Source: Burkholderiales bacterium (GTDB taxonomy: Bacteria; Pseudomonadota; Gammaproteobacteria; Burkholderiales; SG8-39). Taken from it: a stretch of DNA of 64,000 nucleotides. The notes under the pieces are model-generated. The model worked only from the letters and a program-made list of their open reading frames with translations. It did not search any database and had not been told where the DNA came from. The DNA lies in the NCBI GenBank assembly GCA_035310985.1, contig DATGDH010000058.1:130028-194027 (forward strand). Reading direction: 5' to 3'. Every line of letters starts with the position of its first letter. Position 1 is the stretch's first letter. The translations under genes were made by a program, and so were the position numbers. Positions 60,419-64,000 of this stretch are shown here, in pieces.

Positions 60419-63400
60419 TCAGCGAAAGTTTCGAGAAGAGACGGCGAGGCTTCCGAGCAGGGCGTCGTGCGCGAACAGGCGGCGCGCGACCAGGTGCACG
60501 ACTTCTCCCTCGCGCTCGACCACGCCCTCCACGCTCAGCAAACGTGCGCCGAGCAATTCGCGGCGCTGCCGGTCGGCGAGCTCGCGCCAGACGACCACAT
60601 TGGCGCAGCCCGTCTCGTCTTCCAGCGTGATAAATATCACGCCGCTCGCCGTGTCGGGTCGCTGCCGACAGGTGACGAGCCCCGCCGTACGCGCGACGCG
60701 GCCGTGCGGCAGCGTTCGCAGTCGCTCCGTTGTGACGAGCCTGAAACGGCTGAGGCGATCGCGCAGCAACGCGAGCGGATGTCGCCCAAGCGTAAGGCCG
60801 AGACTGGCGTAATCGGCGACGACGTCCTCGCCCTCCGCCGGAGGCAAGAGCGTGGCCGGCGTCTCGCGCGCCGGCATCGTGCGGAACATGCCGGGAGCAT
60901 GCTCCACCCCCGCGGCGAGCCAATGCGCCTGCCGCCGATGCCCTGCGAGCGCCGTGAGCGCGCCCGCGGCGGCTAGGCAGCCCAGATCGCGGCGGTCGAG
61001 CTCCGCGCGGCGCGCGAGATCGTCGACCGACGCGAATGGTCGCAGTGCCGCGATTCTGCGCGCCGCCGCTTCGGCAAGCCCGCCCACCATGCGCAGCCCG
61101 AGGCGCAACGCCCGCCCTTCCAATGTGCAGTCCCACGCGCTCGTCGCGACGTCCACGGGCCGCAGCTCCACGCCGTGGCGCTGCGCATCCTGGACCAGTT
61201 GCGCCGGCGCGTAGAAGCCCATCGGCTGACTGTTGAGCAGCCCCGCGCAAAACGCTGCCGGATGGTGGCGCTTGAGCCAAGCCGACACGTACACGAGCAG
61301 CGCGAAGCTCGCCGAATGCGATTCCGGGAACCCGTACTCTCCGAACCCGAGGATCTGCCTGAAGAGCGCCTCGGCGAACTCCTTCGTGTAGCCGCGCTCG
61401 AGCATGCCGCGCAGCAGGCGGCCTTCGAAATGCTCGAGCCCGCCCTTCCTGCGCCAGGCCGCCATCGAGCGGCGCAGTCGGTCTGCCTCGCCCGGTGAAA
61501 AACCGGCCGCGACCATCGCAAGCTGCATGACCTGCTCCTGGAAGATCGGCACGCCGAGGGTACGCTCGAGAACCTCCTTCACCTCCTCGCTCGGGTAGCT
61601 CACCGGCTCGAGACCCTGGCGGCGCCGCAGGTAGGGGTGCACCATGCCGCCCTGGATGGGTCCTGGACGCACGATCGCGACCTCGATCACTAGATCGTAG
61701 AAATTGCGCGGCTTGAGGCGCGGCAGCATGCTCATCTGCGCGCGCGATTCGATCTGGAACACGCCGACCGTGTCGGCACGCTGGATCATTTCGTAGACCG
61801 CCGGGTCCTCCGTGGGCACGTCCTCCATCCTCTTGCCGACGAACTCCAGCGCACGGCGAATGGCCGACAGCATGCCGAGCGCGAGCACGTCCACCTTGAT
61901 CAGGCCGAGGGCCTCGATGTCGTCCTTGTCCCACTGGATCACCGTCCGGTCCTGCATCGCAGCGTTCTCGACGGGCACCAGCTCGGCCAGCGGCCCGCGC
62001 GAAATCACGAAACCGCCGACATGCTGCGACAGATGGCGCGGAAAGCCGACCAGCACGGATGCGAGCTCCAGCAACTGCTGCACGGCTAGGCTCGCCGGGT
62101 CGAGCCCTGCTTCGCGTACGCGCTCGGGCAACTGACCACGGTCGTCCCACCACGCCAGGCTGTGCGAAAGACGATCGATCTGCTGCGCCGCGAGCCCTAG
62201 TGCCTTGCCTACGTCGCGCACCGCGCTGCGCGGCCGGTAGCAGATCACCGTTGCCGCCAGTGCGGCGCGCTCGCGGCCGTATTTCGCGTAGATGTACTGG
62301 ATGACCTCTTCGCGCCGCTGGTGCTCGAAGTCGACATCGATGTCGGGCGGTTCGTTGCGCTCCCTGGAGATGAAACGCTCGAACAGCATGCTCATTCTGC
62401 CCGGGTCCACCTCGGTGATGCCGAGCGCGTAGCACACCGCCGAGTTGGCCGCCGAGCCACGTCCCTGACAGAGGATGCCCCGCTCGCGCGCGAACCTCAC
62501 CACGTCGTGCACGGTGAGGAAAAACGCCTCGTAGCGCAGCTCGGCGATCAGCGCGAGCTCGTGCTCGACGAGCTCGCGCACTCTCTCGGGAACGCCGTCC
62601 GGAAAACGCCGGTCGAGACCGCCCAGCGTGAGCCGGCGCAGCCAGCTCGCGGGCGTCTGCCCTGCGGGGACCAGCTCCTCTGGGTATTCGTAGCGCAGCT
62701 CATCGAGCGAAAAGCTGCAGCGCTCCGCAACCGCCAGCGTCTCGGCGAGCAAAGCGGGCGGATAGAGCTGCGCCAGGCGCATGCGCAGGCGCAGGCTGCG
62801 CTCCGCATTCGGATGCAGGGCGTGCCCGCACTGCGCCACCGGCCTGCCGAGGCGGATCGCGGTGAGCGTATCCTGCAGCCGCCTGCGTGAGCGCACGTGC
62901 ATGTGCACATCGCCTGCCGCGACCAGCGGCAGCCCCGAGGCGGCGGACAACTCCCCGAGCAGCGCGAGACGCGCCCGGTCGTTCGCGCCGCAGTGCAGCT
63001 CGGCGGCGATCCAGGCGCGCGCCGCGAAGAGCTCGGCGAGCCACAGCGCGCTGTCCGGCTGCGGCCGATCGCTCGGCACGAGCTGGGCGAGCGCCCCGCT
63101 CTGCGCAAGCGGTTCGATATCGCTGCGCGACAGCGCATAGCCGCCTTTCCTCGCGCGCCTGCGGCCCGCGGTGATGAGCGAGCAAAGCGCAGCGTAGGAG
63201 CGCCGGTCGGTGGCCAGGAGGACGAGTCTGGTACCATCGTCGAGCCCCGCTTCGGTGCCGACGATCAGCTTCAGCCCGCAGGCCTTCGCGGCGACATGTG
63301 CGCGCACCACGCCGGCGACGGAGCATTCGTCGGTCAGCGCCAGCGCGGAGTAGCCCAGCGCCGCGGCCCGCTCGACCAATTCTTCGGGATGCGAGGCGCC

Positions 63401-63463
63401 GCGCAGGAACGTGAAGTTGGACAGGCAATGCAGCTCCGCGTACGCGGGCAGAGCGGAAAACAT
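60419..63463 (-). CDS. dnaE2: error-prone DNA polymerase (DnaE2/ImuC)
   Basis: [25 protein letters not shown]…[13 protein letters not shown] (PHP domain), a Pol III alpha core and a C-terminal OB fold. 1014 aa after trimming the start to ATG 63463, 4 nt after the imuB stop. Confidence 0.92.
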   Translation of the reverse strand: MFSALPAYAELHCLSNFTFLRGASHPEELVERAAALGYSALALTDECSVAGVVRAHVAAKACGLKLIVGTEAGLDDGTRLVLLATDRRSYAALCSLITAGRRRARKGGYALSRSDIEPLAQSGALAQLVPSDRPQPDSALWLAELFAARAWIAAELHCGANDRARLALLGELSAASGLPLVAAGDVHMHVRSRRRLQDTLTAIRLGRPVAQCGHALHPNAERSLRLRMRLAQLYPPALLAETLAVAERCSFSLDELRYEYPEELVPAGQTPASWLRRLTLGGLDRRFPDGVPERVRELVEHELALIAELRYEAFFLTVHDVVRFARERGILCQGRGSAANSAVCYALGITEVDPGRMSMLFERFISRERNEPPDIDVDFEHQRREEVIQYIYAKYGRERAALAATVICYRPRSAVRDVGKALGLAAQQIDRLSHSLAWWDDRGQLPERVREAGLDPASLAVQQLLELASVLVGFPRHLSQHVGGFVISRGPLAELVPVENAAMQDRTVIQWDKDDIEALGLIKVDVLALGMLSAIRRALEFVGKRMEDVPTEDPAVYEMIQRADTVGVFQIESRAQMSMLPRLKPRNFYDLVIEVAIVRPGPIQGGMVHPYLRRRQGLEPVSYPSEEVKEVLERTLGVPIFQEQVMQLAMVAAGFSPGEADRLRRSMAAWRRKGGLEHFEGRLLRGMLERGYTKEFAEALFRQILGFGEYGFPESHSASFALLVYVSAWLKRHHPAAFCAGLLNSQPMGFYAPAQLVQDAQRHGVELRPVDVATSAWDCTLEGRALRLGLRMVGGLAEAAARRIAALRPFASVDDLARRAELDRRDLGCLAAAGALTALAGHRRQAHWLAAGVEHAPGMFRTMPARETPATLLPPAEGEDVVADYASLGLTLGRHPLALLRDRLSRFRLVTTERLRTLPHGRVARTAGLVTCRQRPDTASGVIFITLEDETGCANVVVWRELADRQRRELLGARLLSVEGVVEREGEVVHLVARRLFAHDALLGSLAVSSRNFR

Positions 63464-63467
63464 CGGC

Positions 63468-64000
63468 CTAGGCGAACAGCCCGTGCAGGTACCAGCCGCC
63501 GCCGCGCTCGCGGAATATCCATAGCAGGGCGTTGCTCGGCGCGCGCGCGATAAAGTAATCGCGCGCCACTTCGCCGCAGTCCCACCAGCCCGACTCGATG
63601 CGCTCCGGCCCGGCCAGCAGCTCGAGCCGTCCGTCGTCGTGCGGCACACCGTCCGCTTCCTTCAGGCGGCGCGGCGGCTCGATCAGCCACAGCGGCCGCG
63701 CACCCGCGCGGACTTCCCCCCGTGGCGGCCGTTCGCCGGCGTCGAGCGCCCGCCAGGCACGCTCCGGACGATGCTCCGCGAGCACGCCGAGGCCGTGCAC
63801 GGCTTCGCTGCCCAGGCGCGCCTGCAGGCGCTCGATGAGCCGCACCCAATCTTCCCCCTCGCCATGCACGTCGCGAAACAAGCCGGCCGTACGGCCGTGC
63901 AGCGGCTCGAAAGCGGCGGCTTCGATGCGGATCGCCTCGACCGGCCCGCTTAGCGCGACGGTTGACAGCTTCTCGCGCAGCAGCTGCATGAAGCGATCGA
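63468..64000 (-). CDS. imuB: ImuB (Y-family polymerase-like, SOS mutagenesis cassette), C-terminal part; 5' end outside the window
   Basis: The reading frame stays open to the window edge. The C-terminus …[40 protein letters not shown] is the typical ImuB ending. It lies immediately upstream of dnaE2. Confidence 0.8.
   Translation of the reverse strand, partial: DRFMQLLREKLSTVALSGPVEAIRIEAAAFEPLHGRTAGLFRDVHGEGEDWVRLIERLQARLGSEAVHGLGVLAEHRPERAWRALDAGERPPRGEVRAGARPLWLIEPPRRLKEADGVPHDDGRLELLAGPERIESGWWDCGEVARDYFIARAPSNALLWIFRERGGGWYLHGLFA

Noticed and set aside
59970-62435. 821-aa minus-strand ORF
   Set aside because: It is an alternative frame inside dnaE2 and the TPR gene. The sequence is Arg/Gly/Ala-rich, and the dnaE2 frame has clear polymerase motifs.

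Overview
This is a GC-rich proteobacterial chromosome segment. Gene content and order (smc-zipA-ligA, queF-dapC-dapD-x-dapE-prmB, rimP-nusA-infB-rbfA-truB-rpsO-pnp, trpS-scpA-scpB-rluB, yciV-yciO, lexA, imuB-dnaE2) look betaproteobacterial, but that is inferred from synteny, not from any search. I support about 60 protein-coding genes and a three-gene tRNA cluster (Pro-Arg-His, minus strand). I also call a few intrinsic terminators, two SOS boxes in front of lexA and some candidate promoters. I found no rRNA, CRISPR array, IS element, transposase or integrase. Most of the window is ordinary housekeeping DNA. The long extra ORFs in the six-frame track are alternative-frame or antisense artefacts of GC-rich coding sequence. 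Six parts are worth a second look. (1) A signalling locus at 53.5-59.7 kb pairs a histidine kinase and a stand-alone receiver, convergent with a tightly packed operon: Hpt / REC-cyclase-homology / REC-Ser/Thr kinase / DUF3391-HD-GYP. By eye both cyclic-nucleotide domains lack canonical catalytic residues, while the Ser/Thr kinase looks intact. (2) A 1165-aa single-chain fusion joins a GltD/NfnB-like module and a PyrK/NfnA-like module behind an unassigned ~245-aa N-terminal region. (3) A small lower-GC islet abuts the 3' end of tRNA-His and holds hicBA plus decayed secreted/YD-repeat-like ORFs. (4) A hairpin-plus-U-tract lies in the rimP-nusA-infB leader. (5) lexA has a dual operator with off-consensus half-sites. 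(6) The imuB-dnaE2 mutagenesis cassette is followed directly by a TPR gene. Several start codons were trimmed by hand and remain uncertain by a few codons. All functional calls rest on motifs recognised by eye.
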